Positions 18,979 through 29,126 of a DNA stretch of 64,000 nucleotides are shown here, in pieces. This stretch comes from Reclinomonas americana ATCC 50394 (lineage: Eukaryota). Positions within the stretch are counted from its first letter, which is position 1. Every line of letters starts with the position of its first letter. The stretch spans positions 1 to 64,000 of the forward strand of contig PS015009.1 in assembly GCA_048213135.1 (NCBI GenBank), given 5' to 3'. The position numbers and the translations under genes were made by a program. The notes under the pieces were generated by a model. It did not search any database. It was not told the origin of the DNA and saw only the letters and a program-made list of their open reading frames with translations.

Positions 18979-19078
18979 CGGCAAAAGGAGCTTATTTTAT
19001 CCTGTATCATTTAACCTTCTCCCCTGAAGATAACCATAAATTCCTGTTGATCTCCGGAAGATGATTAACAGGAAGTCA

Positions 19079-20143
19079 TCACAGGATGGAATTCCAGTTG
19101 TGGGTGTCCGGTGCAAGTCCGATCCTGATAAGTTCCAGTTGTTCTTTCAGCCGTGACGAAACACTCTGTTCAGAATATGCCGGTACATGAAAATCGCGGC
19201 CGTCAATACCTACAAGCGATACCGGTGCCACCACAGCCGCTGTACCCGCGCCAAATACTTCTTTCACCAACCCTTTTTCAAATGCGTCCTTCAGCTCATT
19301 AACCGATACGGGCCTTTCCTCCGTAACAATACCCATATCCTGCGCCAGTGTCAGCAGCGAATCACGGGTAACGCCATCAAGAATAGAATCCGATAAAGGC
19401 GGCGTCACCAGTTTATCACCGATCACGAACATCACATTCATGGTGCCTGACTCTTCAATGTATTTATTTTCCCTGCCGTCGGTCCACAACACCTGGTCGT
19501 ACCCTTCCTGCCTGGCTTTGCGTGTTGGATAGAAAGATCCGCCATAATTACCGCCGCATTTAGCAGCGCCGGTGCCTCCCTTTGCCGCACGGGTGAATTC
19601 CGTTTCCACTTTTATTTTAACAGGATCGGCATACAGCGATGGTACAGGGCCGCTGAAAATGACAAAGCGGTACTGCTCCGCGATCTTAACACCAAAACGG
19701 GCTTCACTGGCAAATACAAAAGGACGGATGTACAACGCGTCACCGCATTTGGCCGGCACCCAGGCCTCATCTATTTCCACCAGTTTCAGCAGTCCTTCGC
19801 GGAATATATCTTCCGGAACAGGGGCCATGCACATGCGATCGAGTGACTGCAGCATTCGCCTGTAATGTTTATCGATGCGGAAGATGTTGATACGACCGTC
19901 ATCCATACGAAAAGCCTTCATGCCTTCAAAGATTGTTTGCCCGTAATGCAGCGCCAGCGTGGCCGGGCTGAGGGACAGGTTGGAATAGGGAACGATCTGC
20001 GGGGTCTGCCATTCACCATCTGCATAATCGCAGACCAGCATGTGATCGGCAATATATTTTCCAAATTCAAGCTGGTCAAAATCCACTTCACTGATGCGGG
20101 ACTGCCTGCTCTTACGAATAGCAATGTCGGTTACAAGTTCCAT
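19079..20143 (-). CDS. ilvE: Branched-chain amino acid aminotransferase
   Basis: LHYGQTIFEGMKA, AKCGGNY (PLP lysine), EESGTMN, ILDGVTR and GTAAVV motifs. Confidence 0.95.
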   Translation of the reverse strand: MELVTDIAIRKSRQSRISEVDFDQLEFGKYIADHMLVCDYADGEWQTPQIVPYSNLSLSPATLALHYGQTIFEGMKAFRMDDGRINIFRIDKHYRRMLQSLDRMCMAPVPEDIFREGLLKLVEIDEAWVPAKCGDALYIRPFVFASEARFGVKIAEQYRFVIFSGPVPSLYADPVKIKVETEFTRAAKGGTGAAKCGGNYGGSFYPTRKARQEGYDQVLWTDGRENKYIEESGTMNVMFVIGDKLVTPPLSDSILDGVTRDSLLTLAQDMGIVTEERPVSVNELKDAFEKGLVKEVFGAGTAAVVAPVSLVGIDGRDFHVPAYSEQSVSSRLKEQLELIRIGLAPDTHNWNSIL

Positions 20144-20177
20144 AATGTTGGTTTTAAAAATGATATAGCAATTGTCG

Positions 20178-20633
20178 TTATACTTTTATACTCATCTTCA
20201 CATTGGCTCTTTCATACACACCCTTTTCCACCTCCAGGTGCTGAAAGCCCAGTTTCTCATACAGTTTGATCGCTCCTGCATTCTTTGTATTGGAGTACAG
20301 GATAACGGTATCGGCGCCCAGTTGTTTCGCTTTGTCAAAACTGGCATAGCTGAGTGCTTCTGCAATACCCCTGCGCCGGAATTTTTTGTCCACCGCCATT
20401 TTGGTGAACTCATACGTAGTATCATTTACTTTACGCAGTCCCACCGTACCTGCCATCTCCCCATCACAGGAGGCCATCAGTATCGCTCCGCCATTTTTAA
20501 GTATCGCTTCTTCCGGGTTGGTGAGTACATATTCATCTACCGGTTCCATTATAAACCACTCTTCAATCCAGTCGCGGTTGAATTGCTCAAAATAAGGCTG
20601 GTGGTGCGGCTCATACTCGTGTATGGTTATCAT
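20178..20633 (-). CDS. GNAT N-acetyltransferase
   Basis: KMAVDKKFRRRGIA acetyl-CoA motif; LYEKLGF. Confidence 0.92.
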   Translation of the reverse strand: MITIHEYEPHHQPYFEQFNRDWIEEWFIMEPVDEYVLTNPEEAILKNGGAILMASCDGEMAGTVGLRKVNDTTYEFTKMAVDKKFRRRGIAEALSYASFDKAKQLGADTVILYSNTKNAGAIKLYEKLGFQHLEVEKGVYERANVKMSIKV

Positions 20634-20722
20634 AACATCAAAAGTGAAAATTCAAAAATCAAAAGTTCCTGCAATAAGCATTCCTGTTGCCTCACCGGGA
20701 GGTTATCAAATCATCAAATGGG

Positions 20723-21706
20723 CTAATCACACAGCGCACCTTCTTCTATCTTCCTGCTGATCACAACCTTCTTTTCTTCTTTTTGTTCAGCTGTATTTTC
20801 TTTATTTTTTTTCTGCGATTTAAATTCCCGGTTCACCAGGTATACGCCGCTGATCGTAATCAATGTACCCAACACCATTCCCAGGCTCAGCTTTTCATTG
20901 AGCAGGAGCCAGCCGAAGATCACCGCTACGATCGGGTTAATGTAGGCATACAACGATGCCAGCGTGGCCGGTAATTTTTTTATGGCGATCACGTAAGCGG
21001 AATACGCGATTATGGAACCAAAGGATACGAGGTAAGCCAGCGCATACCAGGCTGTCGCGGTAAAATCGGCCGGGTTGCTGTACCTGCCGGTTAAAAAAGC
21101 CACCAGCATTAGCACCACCCCGGCGATGAGCATTTGTAATCCCACGCCAAAGAGTATCTCTACTGATAATTTCTGTCCTGATGCATATACGGTACCTGCC
21201 GCCCAGGAAACAGCGGAGCCCAAAGCCATGACCACACCTACAACAAAATAAGGACTTGCCGACCGGCCGATATAATCATAAAATATGGCGAACACACCTG
21301 CGAAACCCAGCAACAGTCCTACCATCATCCAGCGGGTAACACGAGCCGATTGGGTGAACCAGATGCTGAAGAGCGTGACAAACAAAGGCACGAGTGCAGC
21401 GATAACCGCGGCCAGCCCACCCCCTATGTACTCCAGCGACCAGGTAAGCATACCATTGGCAATACAGATCAGCAGTATGGCCTGTATCGTTATCTTCTTA
21501 AAATCACTGAGTGAGGGAATACGGTATCCTTTGGCCAGGAAAAAAGCGACCATAATGAGTCCTGATGACAACTGCCGCAATCCCGCCAGGAACAACCCGG
21601 GCATCTGCTGCGCTCCTATCTTCGCAGCGATATAGGTAGTACCCCAGAAAAAACTCACCACTGCCATTGCGATGTAACCGATCTTAACGTCTCTTGACAT
21701 AGCCAT
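20723..21706 (-). CDS. EamA/DMT-family transporter
   Basis: FWGTTY and YAYINPIVAV motifs; about 10 TM helices in two repeats. Confidence 0.92.
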   Translation of the reverse strand: MAMSRDVKIGYIAMAVVSFFWGTTYIAAKIGAQQMPGLFLAGLRQLSSGLIMVAFFLAKGYRIPSLSDFKKITIQAILLICIANGMLTWSLEYIGGGLAAVIAALVPLFVTLFSIWFTQSARVTRWMMVGLLLGFAGVFAIFYDYIGRSASPYFVVGVVMALGSAVSWAAGTVYASGQKLSVEILFGVGLQMLIAGVVLMLVAFLTGRYSNPADFTATAWYALAYLVSFGSIIAYSAYVIAIKKLPATLASLYAYINPIVAVIFGWLLLNEKLSLGMVLGTLITISGVYLVNREFKSQKKNKENTAEQKEEKKVVISRKIEEGALCD

Positions 21707-21753
21707 ACTGATTCATTTTATGATGCAAATTTTGTTCATAATTTCGTTTTAAA

Positions 21754-21790
21754 ACAGATTCAGATTTGTTATTTTCGACTAGATCAGATT
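21754..21790. promoter_or_regulatory. Candidate MocR operator (CAGATT direct repeats)
   Basis: ACAGATTCAGATT (21754-21766) and CTAGATCAGATT (21779-21790) in the divergent eamA/mocR spacer. Confidence 0.45.
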
Positions 21791-21871
21791 ATCTTTACCC
21801 CGGGGAAATAAATATGTCGGCACTTACTGAGACCGGCATTTTGAGTTCTGACTTTTTTATTTTGAATTGCT

Positions 21872-23314
21872 ATGAAGAGTAACATCACAGCCTCTGAAGA
21901 TCATCTTTACCTGCAGGTAGCTGATGGCGTTGAAAAAATGATTGCCGATGAAGTGCTGCGCATCGGGGATAAACTGCCTTCAGTCCGTGTGCTGAGCCAG
22001 GAGTATGGCATTAGTATGGGGACTGCATTCCAGGCGTATTATCACCTGGAGGGAAGAGGGCTGATCGAGTCGCGTCCCAAGTCGGGATATTATGTGCGGT
22101 TCAACCATCGCCGTCTTCCGCAATTACCACAGGCCATGGCACCCGCGCCGGTATCGCATGATGTGAGTGTGAAGGAAATGATTGAATCCATTTATGCCGA
22201 TATCGTGGCCACCAACGTGATCAACTTCGCTATTGCCGCTCCGGACCCGTCCCTGCTGCCGGGCGCCAAACTCAGCAAAGCCGTGGTGTATGCGCTTCGC
22301 AATACAAAAGATCACTGTCTTAATTACGAAAACACACAGGGCAATCCTGAGCTTCGCCAGCAGGTGGCCAAACTCGCTTTTAACTGGGGTGGTAAGATCA
22401 AAACAGAAGACGTGACCATCACTTCCGGTTGTCTTGATGCCATTACCCTTTGCCTGAAAGCCGTAGCCAATGTTGGCGATACGGTTGCCGTAGAAAGCCC
22501 CACTTATTTTGGTACTTATCAGGCCATTGAAAGTCTTGGACTGAAAGTAGTGGAAATATCCTCTGATCCCGTGACCGGTATGGACCTGGATTGCTTGCAG
22601 AAAACGATAAAAAAATTCCCGATCAAAGCGGTGATCACGGTTCCCAATTTCAACAATCCTTCCGGTAGTTGTATGCCGGATGAGAAGAAAAAAGAACTCG
22701 TGGAACTCATCAGCAGGTATAAGATCGCCCTGATTGAAGACGATATTTACGGCGAACTGTATTTCGGAAAAAGCAGGCCCCGCACCTGCAAATATTACGA
22801 CCGCAGCGGACTCGTGATGTATTGTTCCTCACTTTCCAAGTCGCTGGCGCCGGGTTACCGCATCGGCTGGGTGATTGGCGGCCAGTTTGCCGACCGCATC
22901 AAACAACTGAAGCGCATACACAATATCAGTTGCCCCACCCTTACCCAGGCTGCCATCGCTTATTTCCTGAAGAACGGCCGTTATGAATATCACCTCAAAC
23001 AAATGCGCAAAGCCCTGCACACGCACAGCCTGCGTTACCTGCAGGCGATAGTGGAATATTTTCCTGAAGACACCAAAGTATCCAGGCCACAGGGTGGTTT
23101 TACTTTATGGCTGGAACTCCCAAGAAGAGTAGATGGCTTCAAATTAAGAGCCGAAGCCATGAAACAAAACATCTCAATCGTTCCCGGAAAAATATTCTCC
23201 GCTTCCTGTAATTATTCCAACTTCATCCGTATCAGTTTCGGCAAGCCCTGGAATGACGATATGGATTATGGCCTGATGATGCTGGGCAAACTGGTACATA
23301 AGTTATCCAAATAA
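21872..23314 (+). CDS. MocR/GabR-type regulator (GntR wHTH plus PLP aminotransferase domain)
   Basis: LYLQVA..GDKLPSVR..AYYHLE wHTH; NPSG, EDDIYGEL and SKSLAPGYRIGW motifs. Confidence 0.95.
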   Translation: MKSNITASEDHLYLQVADGVEKMIADEVLRIGDKLPSVRVLSQEYGISMGTAFQAYYHLEGRGLIESRPKSGYYVRFNHRRLPQLPQAMAPAPVSHDVSVKEMIESIYADIVATNVINFAIAAPDPSLLPGAKLSKAVVYALRNTKDHCLNYENTQGNPELRQQVAKLAFNWGGKIKTEDVTITSGCLDAITLCLKAVANVGDTVAVESPTYFGTYQAIESLGLKVVEISSDPVTGMDLDCLQKTIKKFPIKAVITVPNFNNPSGSCMPDEKKKELVELISRYKIALIEDDIYGELYFGKSRPRTCKYYDRSGLVMYCSSLSKSLAPGYRIGWVIGGQFADRIKQLKRIHNISCPTLTQAAIAYFLKNGRYEYHLKQMRKALHTHSLRYLQAIVEYFPEDTKVSRPQGGFTLWLELPRRVDGFKLRAEAMKQNISIVPGKIFSASCNYSNFIRISFGKPWNDDMDYGLMMLGKLVHKLSK

Positions 23315-23317
23315 AAG

Positions 23318-23353
23318 ATCCCGCCGGCCTTTTAATAAAAGCCAGTCGGGATC
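23318..23353. terminator. Hairpin between convergent genes
   Basis: GATCCCG..GGC / GCC..CGGGATC inverted repeat. Confidence 0.55.
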
Positions 23354-23374
23354 AACGTTTTACAGGATAAGGAT

Positions 23375-26300
23375 CTATTCTTGCTTTATGAGTCTTTCTG
23401 TGTAACGGGCGTCTCCATCCGTTAGTATGATATAATACAGCCCTGCTTTTAACTGGTTGAGCAACACCGTATGATCAGTAGCCAGGTACTGCTGTATCAC
23501 CTGTTTTCCCGCTGCATCATACACCTGCAGCATCACTTTACCATTGACAGGTTTGTAATTGATCACGATCTTTTCTTTCGCCGGGTTAGGATAGAAGGAA
23601 AATCCATGCTGGGTGGCACGTGCATTACAGTTGACGATCACCGAATGGGAAGAACGGCCATCTTTATCTACCTGTTTCAAACGGTAACGGGCAGACGAAG
23701 TAAATACGCCGAAGTCTTTATACTGGTAATGCTGCGTTCCGTTGCCGGCTGTTGCCGGGATGATAGCAATAGCTTCAAACTGGTTACCGGTGATGTTTCT
23801 TTCCACCACGAAATGCGCCGTATTGATCTCTGAGTTGGTTCCCCAGCCCAGCAGGTTATGGCCGTCACGGGGTGAAGCATTGAAGTATACCCAGTTCAGC
23901 GGAAGGACCGATGAAGTAGTTGCTGTGCCCGAAAGAACATTAGCTGTATTGTATACCGGGCCTGTAGTTCCGTTGTATTCAAAAATACTGATGTGGTAGG
24001 TTTTCTGCGGATCAAGACCTGTTACAGTAACAGAGTTGCCGCTTCCAGAGAACACTACATATTCACCGGCCCCGATCTGCGCACCGCTTTTGAAAACGTT
24101 GTTGGCCGGGTAAACAGCGAGGTTAACAGGTGTTGCCGTAACCGCCGATCCTTCTTTCACCACAACCAGCCTGTTATCGCCATTTCCTTTTTGCCAGTTG
24201 AGTGTAATACTGTTTGGTGTGGCGGAAGGGACCAGGTTAACACTTCCAGATGCAGGAGCACTTAAGGTTGATGCATTATGTGCGAGGAAACTGCTGGTGA
24301 GGTAGCGTGCGGTAACACCGCTTCCATTGTATTCGAATACCGCGAAATGATATACCGTAGCAGGCTGAAGATTGGTGATGCCAACATTGGTACCTGTACC
24401 ATTGTATACAACATATTCTCCCGTGCCTACATCCGGACTATTACCGAAAACCGCGTCGGCTGTATATCCTGTAAGATCGGTTGGCACAAAAATTACCGGT
24501 GCACCCGCTCTTACCACAACGATACGGCTACTGCCATTACCCGCTGTGCTCTGGAAGGTGAATTTATTTCCCTCAACAGCAGATACCACCGGCAATGAAG
24601 CCGGAATGGTTGGTTTTACAATGCCGCTGCCTGCTGTTGTTGTAAAGCTGGTAATTATGGCCGGACGTTTGAATACAGGCCCGGAAGAACCATTGTATTC
24701 ATAACCGGCAATATAATATTGAGTGAGTGGTTGCAAATTGGTAACGGTGAAATTGGAAACCGCAGTTGTACGCTGAACAATATAGTTGCCAGTACCCAGT
24801 TGCGTATTGCCATATACATTGCTGTAACTGTAATTGGTGAGATCAACCGGGTCTGTATTTACCGGCGAACCTTCCCGCATCACAAATATCCTCCCTGCTC
24901 CGTTACCACCGCTGTAACTGAATGTAGCCTGGTTGCCCTGTATACCAACAGTAGTAAGTGCCGACACCTGTGTAGCTGGCGCCGTTAACGTGGCTCCATT
25001 TCCTGCCAGCCATGCTGATGTAAGATAATCGGGCAGTGCGCCTGACAGGTTGTATTCAAAAACAGCGACATGATAAGTTGTACCTGCCTCGAGATTTTTT
25101 ATATCGCAGGTGCTGTTGTTCCCATCGTACACCACGTACTGGTCTGCAGCAACAGCATCGCCCTGGCCAAAATTGGAATTGGCGGAATATACCTGTCCGT
25201 CAACAGGGGCTGCGGTAACCGCGGTATTTTTTCTTACAACAACAATCCTTCTTGCGCCATCCCCATTGGTCCAGGCGGCACGGAAGCTGTTGCCTTCTAT
25301 CGTGTTTTTGGTAAATGTATTGGAAGCTGTTGTAGGCTCAGCAGGTAAAGTAATGGTACCGGTTGCCGCAACTGTGGCATACACCGGGTAATTGTTACCG
25401 TTGAATTCATACACGGCTACATGGTAGGTGCCACCGGGATGAAGGTTGGTGATTGCCGTCTGTGTACCGTTGGCACCGCCATTCACTACATAATTGCCGG
25501 GCGTTATCTGCGCTCCTGTTCCGAAACTTCCCGCCCCTGTATATTTCACCAGGTTGACAGGCACCGCGTCAACTGCGGAACCTTCTTTCATGATCACCAT
25601 GCGGTAACCACCGCCACCGGCTGTGTATTTAATGGTAAGAGAGTTACCGGTAACACTTGCAAAATTCACGGCACTGGCGGGTGACGGCGGTGAAGCCGTA
25701 CTGTAACTGGCATTCGCCGGGCTGGTCAGTAAATAAAAAGTATTGCCTGCCGCATCCACATCATACTCAAATGAACGCACGTAATATGTAGTAGCAGGTT
25801 CAAGACTGGTAACAACGACACTGTTACCTGTAGAATAGTTGACAACAAATTCTCCGGGTGCTATTTCGGTACCCGAACCAAAAACGGCACTGGCTGTATA
25901 AGCGGTTCCATTGGTTGGAGATGATGTAACCGGCGCTCCTTTACGCATGATGAACACCCGCCTTTCTCCATTACCGGGAGAGGAATTGACCGTAAACCGG
26001 TTCCCTTCCTGGAAATTAAAATAGATGGATTGCGTTGGTATTGTAGGGCCCGCTGTTGTGGTCACCGACGCTATTGTGCCTGGTCTGAGGTAAACCGGCG
26101 CGGAGCTGCCATTCTTTTCAAAGCTGGCAAAATGATAAGTCGTATTCGGTTCCAGGTTATTGATGGTAACAAAAGTGCTGGATTGTTTGTACACAGCGTA
26201 GTTGTCTGTATTGATGGGTGTTGTTGTTCCGAAATCACTGGATGCGGTATAATCCGTAAGATCAACCGGCAATGCATTTACAGCACCGCCCTTACGTGCC

Positions 26301-26821
26301 AGGATCAGCCTGCCCTCACCTCCCCCGTTTGCCCAGTTGAGCTTAACGGAATTGCCGGTGATATTGGTAAAACTGATGGCACCTGTAGGCGTTGATGGTG
26401 TTACAGCCGTAGACTGGCTGCCCGTAAGCGGCACCATCAGGTACTGCGTGGTGGCGGCAGTTCCGTTATAATCAAATACGGCCAGGTGATATACGGTGTT
26501 GGGTTGCAGGTTGGTCACGATAAAGCTGATGGACGTTCCTTTGTACACCACGTATTCATTTGCGGCAGTGAATAAAGTTCCCGCCGTACCGAAAGCCAGG
26601 TTGGACGTGTATTCCGCCCCGTTAACCGGCATGCCTGTAACCGCGCTGCCGGCTTTCATTACAACAATACGATTGGCACCATTGCCCCCGGTAAATTTTA
26701 CCGACATCCGGTTGCCATCGATCGTACTGAAAACAAAACTGCTCGACGATACGGTTGGCGGTGCCGCCTGCGCACCCAGTACCGAACAGAGAAGAAATAA
26801 AAAGGTAAAGATCTGTTTCAT
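23375..26821 (-). CDS. T9SS cargo with eight tandem FN3-like repeats
   Basis: Signal peptide; eight repeats of about 118 aa (GNG..R....K.G..V...P...Y....FG....Y.V....L.P...Y....EYNG); CTD YPNPA..GLYYI. Confidence 0.88.
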   Translation of the reverse strand: MKQIFTFLFLLCSVLGAQAAPPTVSSSSFVFSTIDGNRMSVKFTGGNGANRIVVMKAGSAVTGMPVNGAEYTSNLAFGTAGTLFTAANEYVVYKGTSISFIVTNLQPNTVYHLAVFDYNGTAATTQYLMVPLTGSQSTAVTPSTPTGAISFTNITGNSVKLNWANGGGEGRLILARKGGAVNALPVDLTDYTASSDFGTTTPINTDNYAVYKQSSTFVTINNLEPNTTYHFASFEKNGSSAPVYLRPGTIASVTTTAGPTIPTQSIYFNFQEGNRFTVNSSPGNGERRVFIMRKGAPVTSSPTNGTAYTASAVFGSGTEIAPGEFVVNYSTGNSVVVTSLEPATTYYVRSFEYDVDAAGNTFYLLTSPANASYSTASPPSPASAVNFASVTGNSLTIKYTAGGGGYRMVIMKEGSAVDAVPVNLVKYTGAGSFGTGAQITPGNYVVNGGANGTQTAITNLHPGGTYHVAVYEFNGNNYPVYATVAATGTITLPAEPTTASNTFTKNTIEGNSFRAAWTNGDGARRIVVVRKNTAVTAAPVDGQVYSANSNFGQGDAVAADQYVVYDGNNSTCDIKNLEAGTTYHVAVFEYNLSGALPDYLTSAWLAGNGATLTAPATQVSALTTVGIQGNQATFSYSGGNGAGRIFVMREGSPVNTDPVDLTNYSYSNVYGNTQLGTGNYIVQRTTAVSNFTVTNLQPLTQYYIAGYEYNGSSGPVFKRPAIITSFTTTAGSGIVKPTIPASLPVVSAVEGNKFTFQSTAGNGSSRIVVVRAGAPVIFVPTDLTGYTADAVFGNSPDVGTGEYVVYNGTGTNVGITNLQPATVYHFAVFEYNGSGVTARYLTSSFLAHNASTLSAPASGSVNLVPSATPNSITLNWQKGNGDNRLVVVKEGSAVTATPVNLAVYPANNVFKSGAQIGAGEYVVFSGSGNSVTVTGLDPQKTYHISIFEYNGTTGPVYNTANVLSGTATTSSVLPLNWVYFNASPRDGHNLLGWGTNSEINTAHFVVERNITGNQFEAIAIIPATAGNGTQHYQYKDFGVFTSSARYRLKQVDKDGRSSHSVIVNCNARATQHGFSFYPNPAKEKIVINYKPVNGKVMLQVYDAAGKQVIQQYLATDHTVLLNQLKAGLYYIILTDGDARYTERLIKQE

Positions 26822-26925
26822 GACTATAGTTATACTTTAATGAGGCGCAAATATGAAGCGCTATTCCCGGCAGACTATGGTCATGATGTATGAAGCGTAA
26901 AAAAGAGGGCATGAATTGACAGCAT

Positions 26926-26952
26926 AAAAAAACTCCTGCTGTGGCAGGAGTT
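26926..26952 (-). terminator. Intrinsic terminator after pulA
   Basis: AACTCCTGC-TGTG-GCAGGAGTT hairpin with a U-tract on the minus strand. Confidence 0.8.
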
Positions 26953-26980
26953 CGCTCAACTAATCCCAGGACAAAAGAAT

Positions 26981-28942
26981 CTATTGATAAACGATTACGG
27001 TTCCGTATCGTTCTGCTTTCAGGCTTCCATCTGATGAGGTTTCACCGGTAAGGGCCGACGTCCAGTTACCGGGCGGCAGGGGCAGAAATTCATCATCTCC
27101 TGTGCCGTTAAAGGCGACAATAATCTTTTTCCACGTATCTCCAAGTTGGGCACCATCAATGGTATAGGCAATTACACCGGCCGGGGTCTTTTCCATAAAA
27201 CGGATGGCCGACTGTATCTCCGCTTCGGTCTGCATACGGAAAGCAGGATGCGCCTTACGGATACCGATCAGCTTTTTTACATACTCATACAAACCCTTAT
27301 TCTTTTCTTTTTCTTCCCAGCGGATCATATTGATGCTGTCGCCGCTTTTATAAGAATTCTCAACACCATATTTGGTCCTGAAAAATTCCGTCCCCGCATG
27401 CAGGAAAGGTATACCCTGCGAGGTGAGTACGATAGAAAGGGCGAGCCGGTGCATTTTTTTATGATCAGCCGCAGAGGCATCGGGGACCGACATCACGATC
27501 TTGTCCCACAAAGTATTATTATCGTGACATTCACAATACGTGATCACATTCCATGGCGCTGTGGTATACGGTGCTTTAGAATAGTTCACTTTGGAATAAT
27601 CCACCTGGTTGTGTTGGCCTGCTGCCACAATACCAAACTTCACCGATTCTTCCATGCCGGCTTTACCTGTAGCAAAGCCCCTGTCCTTCCCGTCGAATAC
27701 ACTGCCCTTGATACCATCGCGGATATCGTCGCTGAATACGGCAATGCGATCAAGCAGGTGTGCATTCTTTTTCAACGCCCGCTGATCATCGGGCAGAGGT
27801 GATTCTCCTGCGGTCCATCCTTCCCCGTACAAAACAATATCAGGTTTAATTTTATGCAGCTCACGGGAGATGAGGTTCATCGTTTCAATATCATGCACCC
27901 CCATCAGGTCGAAACGAAAACCATCAATATGATATTCCTTTACCCAGTACAATACACTTTCAAGCATGAACTTGCGCATCATCGGCATTTCGCTGGCTGT
28001 TTCGTTACCGCAGGCTGTAGCATCGGAAAAACTGCCATCCTTTTTATGTCGGTAGTAATAACCAGGCACCAGTTGGTTGAAATTAGATTGCTCCGTTACG
28101 CCGGTATGGTTATACACCGCATCCATGATCACCCGCAGTCCCTGCCGGTGAAAGGATTGTATCATTTGTTTCAGTTCGCGGATGCGGGTAGCACCATCAG
28201 CTGCATTGCTGCTGTAAGAACCTTCGGGTACATTATAATTCAATGGATCGTATCCCCAGTTGTATTGTGTAAGAGCAGGCTGGCTTTCATCAACTGAATT
28301 GTAATCGAAAAAAGGCAGCAGGTGCACGTGTGTAACACCCAGGTCTCGGATATGGCTTAAGCCCGTGCTGGTGCCACTACCCGTATGTGTACCTGTTTCC
28401 GCCAGGCCGTTGAAAGTACCTTTCTGTTTCACGCCCGAATAAGGATCGATACTGGCATCGCGGATATGCAATTCATAGATCACCGCGTCGGTGGCTTTAT
28501 TGTTTTTAGAAAAGGCCGGACTTTTATCATTGGCCCAACCCTGCGGATTGGTTGTTTTCAGATCCAGTACCACGCCACGTTTGCCGTTCACGCCCACTGA
28601 CTTTACATAAGGATCGGGTACTTCCGCGTTCCATTTTTTTCCGATCATTACCCGGAAAGCATAATAAACGCCTTTCAGGTCCCGGTTAATTTTCGTATAC
28701 CAGGTACCGTTAGTCCCCTTGGTTAAACCTACAGACTGGAAAGGAATACCGCCTGTACCTTCTTTATACAATAATAACTGTGCCGCTTCCGCCGGAGGAC
28801 TCCAGATGCGGAATGTAGCTGAAGCAGGGGTATAGGTCAGTCCTAAATCCGTTCCTTTATATGCGGGATAGGCGGCATAATTTTGCGATGAAACATCAGT
28901 CATGAGTGCAGTAAATATAAGCAGGCCGAGTATTTTTTTCAT
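26981..28942 (-). CDS. pulA: Type I pullulanase (GH13)
   Basis: YNWGYDP signature; VYNH, GFRFDLMG, YGEGW and ECHDN motifs; signal peptide. Confidence 0.95.
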   Translation of the reverse strand: MKKILGLLIFTALMTDVSSQNYAAYPAYKGTDLGLTYTPASATFRIWSPPAEAAQLLLYKEGTGGIPFQSVGLTKGTNGTWYTKINRDLKGVYYAFRVMIGKKWNAEVPDPYVKSVGVNGKRGVVLDLKTTNPQGWANDKSPAFSKNNKATDAVIYELHIRDASIDPYSGVKQKGTFNGLAETGTHTGSGTSTGLSHIRDLGVTHVHLLPFFDYNSVDESQPALTQYNWGYDPLNYNVPEGSYSSNAADGATRIRELKQMIQSFHRQGLRVIMDAVYNHTGVTEQSNFNQLVPGYYYRHKKDGSFSDATACGNETASEMPMMRKFMLESVLYWVKEYHIDGFRFDLMGVHDIETMNLISRELHKIKPDIVLYGEGWTAGESPLPDDQRALKKNAHLLDRIAVFSDDIRDGIKGSVFDGKDRGFATGKAGMEESVKFGIVAAGQHNQVDYSKVNYSKAPYTTAPWNVITYCECHDNNTLWDKIVMSVPDASAADHKKMHRLALSIVLTSQGIPFLHAGTEFFRTKYGVENSYKSGDSINMIRWEEKEKNKGLYEYVKKLIGIRKAHPAFRMQTEAEIQSAIRFMEKTPAGVIAYTIDGAQLGDTWKKIIVAFNGTGDDEFLPLPPGNWTSALTGETSSDGSLKAERYGTVIVYQ

Positions 28943-29126
28943 AATTAATCAAGTCAAAAATCAAAAGTAAAAATTCAAAAGGCTCCTTATTACAAGGAAT
29001 ACTTTCATCATTCCGAAACAATATTCATTATTACATTATTTAATATAAAATTTAAAAAAATAACGCAAAGTCCGCGAATGAGCAAAGTCGCTAAGCAGTT
29101 GCTAAGGACTAACGCCTCCGGACTCA

